64,000 nt of DNA from Macrostomum lignano (taxonomy: Eukaryota). Below the pieces are notes generated by a model. It was not told the DNA's origin. It did not search any database and saw only the letters and a program-made list of their open reading frames with translations. Below are positions 44,239 to 55,900 of the stretch, one piece after another. The stretch is taken from contig NIVC01000118.1 of assembly GCA_002269645.1 (NCBI GenBank), positions 1 through 64,000 on the forward strand, read 5' to 3'. The position numbers and the translations under genes were made by a program. Numbering within the stretch: the first letter of the stretch is position 1; every line of letters begins with the position of its first letter.

Positions 44239-46829
44239 GACTAATCAGCTGTGCAGTGTCTACAACTGAAAAGCTGGAATTTTATTAATAAATATCCTTT
44301 TTACTAATTCAGGTTAATGACCGAAAGACCAAAGCGTACTCTTCTACTGTATGTGCTCATTAAAAATTGAGTTGGAATTTGTTTAAATACCCATTCTTAT
44401 TTCTGGTCTTTTAATCTATTTTTGATAACTAATACTAAGTGTAGTATTGAGACAGAGGTAAAAATGGTTATTAACTTTCTCTTCTATTTACTGCGCCTCG
44501 TTTTTTGTTTAAACTGCTTAATTTTTTCTAAAATAATGCCAAACTTTGCAATATTACAAAGTATACAGTAATAGCATATTTGCTTTATTTAACAAATTAA
44601 TGTAAATTGGTAATTGCTTTTTTATTTTACTGAAAATCTAAACATTTTCTAATTGTTTCCATTTAACAGAGTTTTTGGAATTAAAAATTAAAAACTTGGA
44701 TGAATTGGAAGAAAGAATTTTGGAAAGGTTATTTTAATATTTCTTTGAAAAGAGGCATTGAAACCCAGGCAGAAAAGCTCGAGAAATAGCTAAAATTAAT
44801 ACCCGGTAATACTTTCTTAGTTGCAGTCTTGAAGGATTGCGAAAAATGATAAAACTATGAGTTTAAAAGGACAGAGACAATTTAAAAGTCAACTATGCCT
44901 GACAGCCACAGACTAACTTCTTTGCTTTTCAATTTTTGCAATGCTTTTTAAAATTCGAAATACAACTACTATTTAACTTTAATACAGACACTGAAGATTC
45001 AAATGATTCAGCAGCTGCTTACTGAGGAGCAGCATTAAGATTAACAAGATTATTATCAATCTGCAACAGCTATAGGGCCTAGGGGTATATAGTTGAAAAA
45101 CTATAATGAATATTTTTATCAAAAATATTTAGCGAACATTAATGCCTATAGCCAAAAAAATTAAGAAACTCTGATTCATCTGATTCAATGATTCAAAAGC
45201 TTCAAATGAATAGATTGAGAGATCAGGAAATATATATTAATATATTATACGCAATACGCTTAATAGTTACACTGATAAAACCAAGTTTCGATATCGGATT
45301 GAATGTTTAACTAAATTTAGCTAAAAATGGAACTGTCACAAACTTACTTTTACCATAGTAATGCAAATTCGTAAAGTTTAGACGCTTTAAATTAGTGCAT
45401 GAATTAAAAAATAACATTATTTAAAATAAAAATACACTATAAAGTCTTGCTTTAAACGAGAAACATTTTTATATTGAGAAACTTTGTTTGAAACATCTAG
45501 ACTAACGGCTTAGCAAAAAATCTAAACTTGGTAAATGGGTTGGAAACTAACAGTATTATTTATTCATCGTAGTCAAGAAAATACTGAAAAAATACGTGCA
45601 CAACATGCGATTATACTGCAAACTCATTTTGTACACATCTTTAGCGCTTTGAGAAAGTTCTTTATAAACTGCAGATGGGCCGGTTAGCTTGAATATTGGT
45701 AATACTTGAGGGAACAAGAAGCATGAATGATCCTCCAGAAAGGAGCTAACATGTCGATATAGAGTTTTTACATTATACATGCGTACTTGCACTGATAATC
45801 ATATCTTTTGTACGCTTGTACAGATTTTACTATTTAATAATTACGGTGATACAATTATCCAAATATTGCGATTGAGTAATTGTCCTTTAATTTAGCAATA
45901 AAGATGTTTATTTAAGTTTCAGTATATTTCGTCTTCGAAGACTTCGTTAGTAAGTTCAGTGTCACTAACAGTGTCATTAAATTGTCGCTAATGTTTAACG
46001 AAGGATTAAACTATAAAATATTTAATATATAAAATATTTAAATATTTAAATATATAAATATAAATATAAAATATATAATAAATAATATTTATTCATCATA
46101 AATTACGATGAATAAGACTGTCCTATGGTTTCAAAAGGTCGATCACCGTCTCTAAACCGGCGTCGGCCCTCAAATCTTCTTCTGTAGCGGACCCGGAGTC
46201 CCGTCTCGTTAGTAGGTGTCCTCGGGTGTACTTCTATGCAGGCAGGTTGCGGTTATGTGGCGGGTTACGCCACAACAATCAAGGTTTAAACACGCACTAC
46301 ATGTAAAATTGCAAGATTGTTATTCTAAAACCAGCACTCTGATTACAGCACTGCGAGCCGTGATGCGGTCCATATTAATCATGAAAACTGGTAACTTTTC
46401 TAAATTTAAATTGAGCGTCCCTTGGCCAAACCCAGCATTGCTGGAAGACAGACTGGCAGACAAGGATGCACGCGTGGTGTACAGCTTTACTTCATTACGC
46501 GTGCCCAATGACAGCTGCCATGTTTATAGTTTCATATTTCACCACTAGTAGCAACACCAACAGCCAAGGCATTTTAAGATATAATTATATTTTTAGAATT
46601 GCGGTCATAGCTATTCTGCACAAGGGAAATGCCTGACCACGCGTTGCTTTATACATGCAGTGTTCAGTTTGTGTGCGGGTTGAAGGTAATTCTTCATTGA
46701 TGACGAATGACTGATTAATCCGCTAGTCTACCACGGGAATCCCGCTTCGGCTTTGCATAAAAGAATTCTGTGGTTGGCTCTGAAGCAAATTAAAATAACC
46801 TGGAACTTAATCCGTCCGAAACTGGCGCA

Positions 46830-47417
46830 ATGACCGCTGACAAAGTTGTCCTGCTATTGCAGTTGTCTATCCTCTACGGCCTGCTGGTGCCGCTCGCCAG
46901 CTCCTCGCCGGGATCCGGCCGGATCTTCGACAGCGTCAACTCGAGCTTCGCCGAGTTCGCTTGTCCTCGCGAGTTCGCCGTCTTGTCGCTCGGCTGGTCG
47001 CCGAGTCGCCGTCGAAGCGGCGTCGATTTCCTGGTCGAGAAGCGGTCGCTAAGCAACCAGACGAAGGAGCTGGAGCTGTCGCAGCTGCTCTCGGAGCTGC
47101 AGCAGGTCATCGTTCGGCACAAGCTGAGCTTCAACGTCTCCGAAACGAATCGCCGACTGCCGACCTCGCTGTTCGAAGCGAGCGACGCCAAGCCGAGGCT
47201 TTGCGCTCCGACCTACGAGCTGGACGCCGGAGGCGTGACGCGGCCGAGGCTGCCGACCTTCCTGCTGGGCGTGTCGTGTCCGCACAGCTGCAGGGAGGTC
47301 CGACGAGACGTGCGAATCTACAAGCTGCTGTGCGACTCCGAGCAGCCCGTGTACTACAGCTCGGCTGTGAGCATCGCGGTGGACTGCGCACCCGAGGCTG
47401 ACAATGCGTGGCTGTGA
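46830..47417 (+). CDS. Secreted protein A, 195 aa, cystine-knot-like C-terminus (intronless)
   Basis: ATG, hydrophobic signal peptide, RRRS and KR basic sites, N-glycosylation sequons, 6 Cys. Paralogous to 49788 and 51401. Confidence 0.85.
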   Translation: MTADKVVLLLQLSILYGLLVPLASSSPGSGRIFDSVNSSFAEFACPREFAVLSLGWSPSRRRSGVDFLVEKRSLSNQTKELELSQLLSELQQVIVRHKLSFNVSETNRRLPTSLFEASDAKPRLCAPTYELDAGGVTRPRLPTFLLGVSCPHSCREVRRDVRIYKLLCDSEQPVYYSSAVSIAVDCAPEADNAWL

Positions 47418-48746
47418 TTCAAAAGCAACGCTTTCAAACATAGGTCGCATGATTTGTATAGTTTCTAGCAGTAGTATAGTTTGCTACTGCTATGAGATCA
47501 GGGTCTACATTTTGCTGCTTTCTTATACTTCCTTGGTACATGCATCAGCGCCTTAGTGATACTAGAATGCAATGCAAATATTTATTAGAATAATAGCATT
47601 TTTCTAATTTTGATTCGAGAATGCCCAAGTAATTTACTCAAGTCAAAGTAAAATGTTAACTTCTTGATTTGTTTTGAAATTGATTTTATTGTGCTTCAGA
47701 TAAATAAAAGGCAAAAACGTGTAAAATTATCTATAGTTTACTTATTCGTTCAGCTATTTTTGGTAGTATAAACAAGAAAATTTGCAACAGTAACAAAATA
47801 AGAATGTCTTTAAATTTTGGTTAAAAAATCATCCAGCAGGTGGCAAACCTTTAATTGTTTTAATCTACTCACCCGGGTAAACGTCGACCGTGAAGAAGGA
47901 CTTTCAGAATTTGAAGCAGACAGAATCAAAGAGTGCATTTACGTGTTTAGAAATTCCACTTGGAGTTACGCAATATGTACACTTTATCCACAATAAGATG
48001 AAAATTTTCTACCGGTATTACCAATGCTAGTACTGTATTGAGCCCAGTATGGAGCAAAAAGCATTGCAAGCTTTGCTGGATATGCACAAACTTTGTCTAT
48101 TTGTTAATCTTAACCAACTTACTTAATAGCGACACCTGTCCAACCCACTTGGCAGTTTTTGTTTCTGAGGCAAACCCGATTAATCGCCTTGACCTTTTAT
48201 TAGCTGGCAAAAATTCTTATCATTTGTTTAAATTTGAGGTAATTCCTCGCAGACCATTGGTTGGGTTTAGTCTGGCAGATGCAGCAGTTCGACGCCAAGC
48301 TGCATCAAGTGCAATAGGCCAGTTGGCAAAGTTACCAAAGAGAGACAGCACTTATACCCAAGTGAAACAGTTGCCTACTGACTGAAACTTGTGAAAGCTG
48401 GCGCGTTGGGCTTTTGGTCTAATTGGCAAAGTTTAATTTTGTAAATTAAATTAATAGCACTCAGAAATGCGAGGCGCTGAATCCAGAGTCAACACCATGG
48501 TACCCGTTCGTGTATTAAAAGGAATGAAGAAAGAGATGTCATGGCTGTTCTAACTCAAACTCCGTGTGCAAGCAACAAATAGTTCAAGTGTTCTTTCTCG
48601 AATTCAATGCTCAAATTAGTTGGTTATCCTAGCCTTCCTGTGGCATACCATACTATCAGTCACTCCTCATTTACTGTTGCTGGTTGTTAAGAACTTTTGT
48701 CATATTACGCTCAAAAAGAAATTTAATGAATATTTATGCAGATTAT

Positions 48747-49058
48747 GGGAGTAGCAACCTAGTGGTCACAGCGTCGGACTCAAAACTTGAAGGTCGGGCG
48801 TTCGATTCCTTTCCCATTGGAACAATTTGTGTCCTAATAAGCAAGACACTTAACTCTGCATTGCTTCAGTTCACCCAGCTGTAAAATGGGTGGTAATTGG
48901 GGGTGTGTGGCGACCCCCCAGTCCTTGGACTGAACAGCCGTACGCAGCCTTCAGATGCGCCGCGCAATAGCTGCGGCTGAGCTGTCCGTTGCACATCTGC
49001 CCAAAGGATAGACTGGATAGTTATCAAAATTGAAGTCAACTTGAGAGGGTAGACCCAC
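48747..49058 (+). mobile_element. tRNA-derived SINE with CORE-like central domain
   Basis: A-box-like CCTAGTGGTC, B-box-like GTTCGATTCC, then AGCAAGACACTTAACTCT...CAGTT...CAGCTGTAAAATGGG (MIR CORE pattern). Second copy at 60259. Confidence 0.8.
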
Positions 49059-49787
49059 AATGTTCGATAAATTCGAAAATTACTATCAGCGGTTTCCTAC
49101 TATTAGTAGCTGCTTAAATCGATAATTTTTTCTTAACAAAAAAGACAAAAAAGGCAATCTTTCAATAACAGCATGGCAGGACTATATATCTGATTCCTGA
49201 TCCATAAAGCGCTTTGTTGCAATTGGGACACTTCATTTTATCGATATTTTCTATCCAAATATTGACCTTTCTGCGTTTATAACTCAATTTGACAGCGTTG
49301 CTATGTGTATTATTAATAAGATTGTCTCCGTCTATTTAAAACTGTCTGCGACCTCCCTAAACGCTATGACTCGTTTCAGACTGGCATCTGCACTGCCAAA
49401 TCCACACGCTAGAGCCAATTTTAAATCGAGAAAATTCAAAAAAGTCGAATTCAGCCAATGACAAGCTAGATTCATTTCTAAATATAGTCAGCAGAATTTC
49501 TGCAGGTGCCAGTAATGTTGAATTACCCCATCCGCGTAGGGGGGCAGCAGGGGTTACCCTGCGAATTGAAATGATCCATCTAATGGCTAAATTAGGGACT
49601 TCTTTGAGGTAAAAATAGATTTTGCGAGAATTGACCAATGCTGACTCATAGATGAAGCCGGTGATGCTGTGATAAATCCCGCGGGAAATGTAGGCTGGCT
49701 GTATAAAACTGATCCAGACTCCGCCGCAGGTATTAGCAAGGTTGACAACGGTCTGTAGAGTTGATAGAAGCGGGAGACACAATAGTC

Positions 49788-50363
49788 ATGTTGCACCGCT
49801 TGCAGTACATGTATGTAGCCCTGCTGATGGCAAGCTTGGTACTCCACAGTCAGCAGCTGTCAAGTAGCGGTCGAGTATTTGAGGAGGCAAGTGGCAGCCG
49901 CGTCGAGTCCCTGTGCAACCTGACTGGCGGCGTGCCCGACGGCCCGTTTCTGATCGAGCTGAAACGACCGCAGGTGAACCAGACCACTCTGGAGGCGTAC
50001 GACCTGCTCGCCGAGCTGAGGAGAACTCTGGCCAAAAACTGGGTCGATTTCAATCAAACTGAGACGAACCCGATAAATTTCACAAAGATTTCAATCGCGA
50101 GCAAAGCAACAAACCGAGTCTGCCCGCCAACATACAGATTTATCAGGTATTCGTCGAGCTACTCGGTCCCAACCTACCTGCTGAATGTCACCTGCTCTGG
50201 CGACTGCATTCCGGTAATGCGCTCCGTGCCGGTGTACAAACTGATCTGCGAGAATCCGGACACTGATGATAAGGCAAGCTGGAGTGTCGCTTACGCCTCC
50301 AAGCTCGTCGGCGTTGGAGTGCACTGCGCTCCGAAGGATCGCGTTACCGAATTTTTCGGATAA
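49788..50363 (+). CDS. Secreted protein B, ~191 aa, divergent paralog (intronless)
   Basis: ATG at 49788 with signal peptide and TATAAAA at 49702. Shares SGR.F, NQT.LE...LL.EL, N..ETN, C.PTY, PT.LL.V.C...C..V.R.V..YKL.C and V.V.CAP with A and C. Confidence 0.87.
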   Translation: MLHRLQYMYVALLMASLVLHSQQLSSSGRVFEEASGSRVESLCNLTGGVPDGPFLIELKRPQVNQTTLEAYDLLAELRRTLAKNWVDFNQTETNPINFTKISIASKATNRVCPPTYRFIRYSSSYSVPTYLLNVTCSGDCIPVMRSVPVYKLICENPDTDDKASWSVAYASKLVGVGVHCAPKDRVTEFFG

Positions 50364-51325
50364 CGCACTTAACGGACTTCTTGCAGCTGAAATATTTTGT
50401 TTTAATTTTATACGCCACCATTTAATCTTGCGTAATCTAGGAGTAGTACTTAGTTTTATTATTTTAACCACTTCCTTGCATGAATTTAATCAATACCTGT
50501 ACAGGCTCGAATGTTTGGTAATGCTGACATACAAACTGTACCATTAATTCCGCGAACTTCCTTGAACCGAATTGTGGCAGCAAGAAACTTGAAGCTCAAA
50601 ACTTTTTGCTAATGTTTTATATAACGACTCGTATTTGGATTTCTTGGAAATGCATCGCCTATTTTAAATTGCTCTGCTCAATAAAAGAGCTCAACAAAAA
50701 AGGAAAAGTTTTTTTATGTTTTTTGTGTTTCCAGCGACAAAGGCAGTAAAACACGAATTTGGCACAGAATGACAGACAACTACGGGGTTTAAACACTCAC
50801 CCCGCCACCCTGGCGCTGCACAAACCAGTTCATTAATTTTCCCGTAGGAACTAAGGGCGTAGATAATTTATATAAATCTATACTTCTGAATTGGCAATAA
50901 AACAAGGACGTGTCTTAAGAACCAAGCATCTGAGAAGAGCTGTATAACGAGTCAAACTTCTATACTGAGGTGAAATTGTGTACGCAAAGAGCAAAACAAA
51001 CGGCGCCACTATATTGCAAGATTAAATAAGGAACTTTTCAAAGCTATAATTAGCAAATGGAAGCACACCGGAATTCTTTTCTGCTTCCATCGGACAGCGA
51101 AATGCTTTAGGCGCAGCTGTCAGTCAGTAGCGTCCAACCGCTGAAACTTTTGGCTAAAAATTTAGCGCAGTAAATGTTCAAAAATAGCAACAGAATGGGG
51201 GCGTGGGCGCCAGCTCAGTCCTATGATGCGGTCGAAAATATATATTGTTAGAATCGGGTAGTTTATTAATTAGGGCCACCGCCCCCAGACAGACAAAACC
51301 CGTGGGTGGGAACCAGCCAGGGCAC

Positions 51326-51348
51326 TATAAATACGCAGCAGACTAGTC
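51326..51348 (+). promoter_or_regulatory. TATA box (TATAAATA) and Inr-like element of gene C
   Basis: TATAAATA at 51326-33, CTAGTCT shortly after it, ATG at 51401. Confidence 0.55.
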
Positions 51349-51400
51349 TTTAATAGAATTTGTGCAACCTTCCCTCGCGATAGTTCTTTGTGCCCAAAAA

Positions 51401-51976
51401 ATGACTTCAGCGGCGACTCCACTACTTTTTATATGCGGCCTGCTGGTGCCGCTCGCCAGCTCCTCGCCAGGATCCGGCCGGATCTTCGACAGCGTCAACT
51501 CGAGCTTCGCCGAGTTCGCTTGTCCTCGCGAGTTCGCCGTCTTGTCGCTCGGCTGGTCGCCGAGTCGCCGTCGAAGCGGCGTCGATTTCCTGGTCGAGAA
51601 GCGGTCGCTAAGCAACCAGACGAAGGAGCTGGAGCTGTCGCAGCTGCTCTCGGAGCTGCAGCAGGTCATCGTTCGGCACAAGCTGAGCTTCAACGTCTCC
51701 GAAACGAATCGCCGACTGCCGACCTCGCTGTTCGAAGCGAGCGACGCCAAGCCGAGGCTTTGCGCTCCGACCTACGAGCTGGACGCCGGAGGCGTGACGC
51801 GGCCGAGGCTGCCGACCTTCCTGCTGGGCGTGTCGTGTCCGCACAGCTGCAGGGAGGTCCGACGAGACGTGCGAATCTACAAGCTGCTGTGCGACTCCGA
51901 GCAGCCCGTGTACTACAGCTCGGCTGTGAGCGTCGCGGTGGACTGCGCACCCGAGGCTGACAGTGCGTGGCTGTGA
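51401..51976 (+). CDS. Secreted protein C, 191 aa, near-identical mature region to A (intronless)
   Basis: AAAATGA start, signal peptide MTSAATPLLFICGLLVPLASS. 51436-51976 equals 46877-47417 apart from 3 substitutions. Confidence 0.87.
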   Translation: MTSAATPLLFICGLLVPLASSSPGSGRIFDSVNSSFAEFACPREFAVLSLGWSPSRRRSGVDFLVEKRSLSNQTKELELSQLLSELQQVIVRHKLSFNVSETNRRLPTSLFEASDAKPRLCAPTYELDAGGVTRPRLPTFLLGVSCPHSCREVRRDVRIYKLLCDSEQPVYYSSAVSVAVDCAPEADSAWL

Positions 51977-52119
51977 CGTGCACATTTTTCTTGGATAAAA
52001 CATTTTGTATAGTTTCGATCTTTGCTGATATTTTTTCTTCAAATTTTGGCGCTGGCTTGCCGTGCATTTGCATGTTTTTGTCTTTTATTGTTGTACATGC
52101 GCTTCGGAATGTGCGTCTA

Positions 52120-52200
52120 AAAGGGCGATTCGAACCCGGGGTCGGCTACGACCTGGTCCCGAGCAACTTCTCATGGCTGGTCTGTTGAGCTACTAACTTG
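52120..52200 (-). mobile_element. tRNA-derived SINE head fragment
   Basis: TAGCTCAA A-box-like and GGGTTCGAATCGCCC B-box/T-arm; no full cloverleaf. Confidence 0.4.
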
Positions 52201-54456
52201 TAATTATCGCACACGTTTAAATTTCAATGTAAATACTCGTATCAATGTTTATCGTCTTTGAGCATGCTCAAATATTCACTTTAAATTCTGTTGTCTCTAC
52301 TCGCTTGGCAAGCAATTTTTACGTACCTGCGTTCGAAATATAAACTGACGAATGCACAGCCGCGTGTGATTGCGACTCTAGCGCGATGGTGTCTGGGATT
52401 CCTTTTTCTTACCTGCTTTAGTTGCCGTTCATCATAGATTTCTTATTCTAAAACTTTGCGCTAGAAGCTGCGAGTTTTGCTTTTAGAAGACAATCTGGAC
52501 TTGTGCCAAGAACAGTTAGATAAGTAAGGAGCAGTTCTATTCCATATTTAGCTAGAGGGGCAGCAGGGCTGCGCACGCCGATCAGGGGAGGGGGGGGTGT
52601 TGAATTAAATAAACACCGGCTCGCCCGCAGTGAAAAGCGCGACCCCCATGCTAAATTCAGTTTATAAGTACCTATCTTATTGGTTTTGTTTTATTAATCG
52701 TAAAAATTTGAACGCAAATTTGAATCGCGGGAACAGGAAGCTTTGAAAAAGCGGAACAGTACCGGATGACATTATCATATTGCTAGCTATAACTACTCAC
52801 CGTTGTCTGACTCTGGGTGCTGCATCAACCTCGGTTTCTGCGTTTAATATATAATTTTTCTTATTCCTGTGGGCGAAATTGCGTTGTTGTTGGATGGTTG
52901 CTTTGATTAAAGGTATGCTTTATATTGCATCCGCCCTGATCCGCCCTGATCCGTTACCTCGCGGTTGAGTGACCGAATTGGGCGATATGAAATATGAAAT
53001 CCTTTTCTGTTTTGGCTTTGATGATTTTTGCTAATAATGACAATAATGATAGCATCGAGGGCATGCTACACAGTTCTATCGGAGCCTAGCTGTAGACATT
53101 GAAAGACAGCAATATTCATGTGTGAAACATGCAGCTTGATACTTGATAGGTGGGTGGGGCATACGTACCGTAGTGAAATAAAATTTAAGTTGAATTTCGT
53201 AAATTTTGACCGGCCATGTTATTAGTAGTACGATAGTAGTATGCTTCGTTTAGTTAAATCAATGCCTCAAAAGTACTCTAGAAACAGTTTAATAGATTAA
53301 ATTTTAATGTATTGTATTTTACCGGGCCATGCGTTTAAATGCATGGCCCGTGAAAAATGCACGTGAATAATGCATGCGCTTGCGAGCGTGTGGCTGGCGG
53401 CGCTTGTAAAAGCTAGTGTTGATGTTTTAGTTTTTAGCAAAACTACGAAAGTACTACAATAAAAATGTCGAGAGAAATTATCCACATAGCTGCATTCACA
53501 GTTGGTGGCATTTTTTAATTTAGCCACCACGAACTACTTTTAAGTGTAAAGTACGGAACTGTTCTTCAGCCAGATTTAAGTCTCAACCACAAAGCCGCTG
53601 GAAAGTTTAAACTTTTTTGGTCGTTAAGAATTGGGACAGGAGATTCGCCCACTCCCTCTTTTGCATGCAATTATACTGACTGCGTCCTACTCTGCTTTAG
53701 CAGACTTAGAACAGCTTTAGACTGTTGCATTAACTTTGCCACTCCACAACCTGCTGGTCTGGGAAGGAGACTCAGCTATAGCCTCGCTCCTCTCCCTCAT
53801 CTCTCAGTATCCAGTCAGACGGGGTGTTCTTCTAATCGATTTTCTGACCAAGCCAAGCGCGGCTTTAGGGTGTAGAGAAAAAAGAAAGATTGCACACCAG
53901 CTTTAGTGCCCAGTCTCTGACAGCAGATGCGGGGGGGGATGAAGCTGGATGGTGCGGCGGCATGCAGCGCTTTAGTCGAATTTATATAATTCAGTACTTC
54001 CCGCGGGAGAGAGGCAGGCAGACTGCAGAGTCAGCTGAGAAATTTGAAACTTTTTCTCCGACACTTTGAAGAGGAAGAGCCAGCTTTCAGAAAGTTGCAG
54101 TATATATACACATATGTACCAATGCTGAATCTTAGTAGATCCCCTAGCCAGAGGTTTAACGCCCGCGCTGCTTGATTTATCTGCCGGGTGAAGCCGACAA
54201 ATAAAGGCAGGCATCTTCGGCTAGTTCTCATCCGAGAACTTAGTGGCTTATGCAAACCGTTGGGGTGATCTATGCCATGCCTTGCTCAGCGGCAGAAGTG
54301 CAACCCCTTGCATTGGCTCGTGTAGTTGCTGGGAGGAGCGTGATGTTGGAGTTATTTTTTTCGACGAATTTAATTGCGTATTTAAATATCGCTAAACTCG
54401 GTATGCCTCCTGTAAATTAACCCAAGAACTGATGATGTCACAGACACCCATCGGAT

Positions 54457-54750
54457 GTCTCAGACACCAATTTAAAGTCACAGACACCAAGCTGACGTCA
54501 CAGACACCAAGCTGACGTCACAGACACCAAGCTGACGTCACAGACACCAAGCTGACGTCACAGACACCAAGCTGACGTCACAGACACCAAGCTGACGTCA
54601 CAGACACCAAGCTGACGTCACAGACACCAAGCTGACGTCACAGACACCAAGCTGACGTCACAGACACCAAGCTGACGTCACAGACACCAAGCTGACGTCA
54701 CAGACACCAAGCTGACGTCACAGACACCAAGCTGACGTCACAGACACCCA
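54457..54750. repeat. 20-bp minisatellite (CAGACACCAAGCTGACGTCA), 13 perfect units each with TGACGTCA
   Basis: Direct reading; perfect TGACGTCA copies run from 54493 to 54740. Confidence 0.98.
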
Positions 54751-55900
54751 TCTGATTTCATAGTCACCAATCGAACTTTATTGAACTTGTATTATAAACT
54801 ACGCCGTTCATGCGTCATTATACGGATTGGTGATCGCCAAAATACTGAGGGCGGTATTTAATTATCCAATCGGAAATTGGTTAAGCCACAATAATTCTGA
54901 GTCCACTGAATTAATTTCCGCGCTATAGTCAGTCGAGACCTTTAGCTGATAGATAAAATAAAACGACAAAGGGGACACTGAATAGAATTAAAATTAATTG
55001 TTGGTTTTTCTACTGCAACCGTGGATTCGACCTCTATCTTGCTTGTTCCGATAAGCTTCAGTCAAAGACAGAAAATGTGGATAAGTAGAGACGCTAAAGG
55101 TGGGACTTTCGCCTTAAAAGACGACGGCCTCAAGATCGTAGCCGGCCTTCATCGTTAAATTTTAGCGTTCACCTTCCTAATATCTCGAATCTTTATCCGA
55201 AATTAGTAATTACGTCGTATATGTAATTACTCAGTTGCATTGAAGGGTGAGGTTGCCTCTATATCTGTCATCTCTGTAACGCTTGACTGAATTTCCAATT
55301 AGCATGCGATGCACGGGCTTATGGAAACTGCTCCAGAGCGAGAAAATAGGACATTTGAGAATCGCTAGCATTAGAGAAGAGAGTGGAGAGACCGACCGGT
55401 AGGCAGAAACTACCGCTGTTAGCTTGAGGTTGGCTGCCTGCGAGTTGAGACAAAAGACAGGATTTTTGCCAATAAAACGGAAAGCGTCAAGTACAAAAGC
55501 AACAGAAGCACCTAGTACGGACACTTGGGCGCCCGCGGAGACTCGGCTTGTCTCTCTTGGACCCACCCTGATTCTCCCCGTTTTCCATATCCTCCGTTAG
55601 GGGACTGTGGGAATGAGGGAGCTCCCTCCATGTTCTCCGCCAATAGGGACTTGCTTTGAGTTTACAGAGAGGGAGGCACAATATTGGATAGAGAGGAGGG
55701 GCTGAGGCGTTGTCAGGCCAGACCGATGGGTGGTAGAACAACGGGACGACTTCAGGGCAATGTTTAGTTAATGAAGCCGTCACACTCTCAGGTCTTCGGT
55801 CCAAGCTGATAACTACTTGTAGGGCTAGTCAAACAGCCTTGGCGCAGTCTTTTAACAATCTAAAACCTCGACACACCGATTCACCCCACCGTTAGTCGCG

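Noticed and set aside
48747-48830. Functional tRNA genes (also 52120-52200 and 60259-60340)
   Set aside because: A and B boxes are present, but there is no complete cloverleaf or acceptor stem. Two of the three continue into a shared SINE body.
46846-52073. Overlapping and antisense ORFs over genes A and C (and similar ones over sacsin, CCDC151 and the LINE)
   Set aside because: They are expected by-products of GC-rich coding sequence and have no recognisable motifs.
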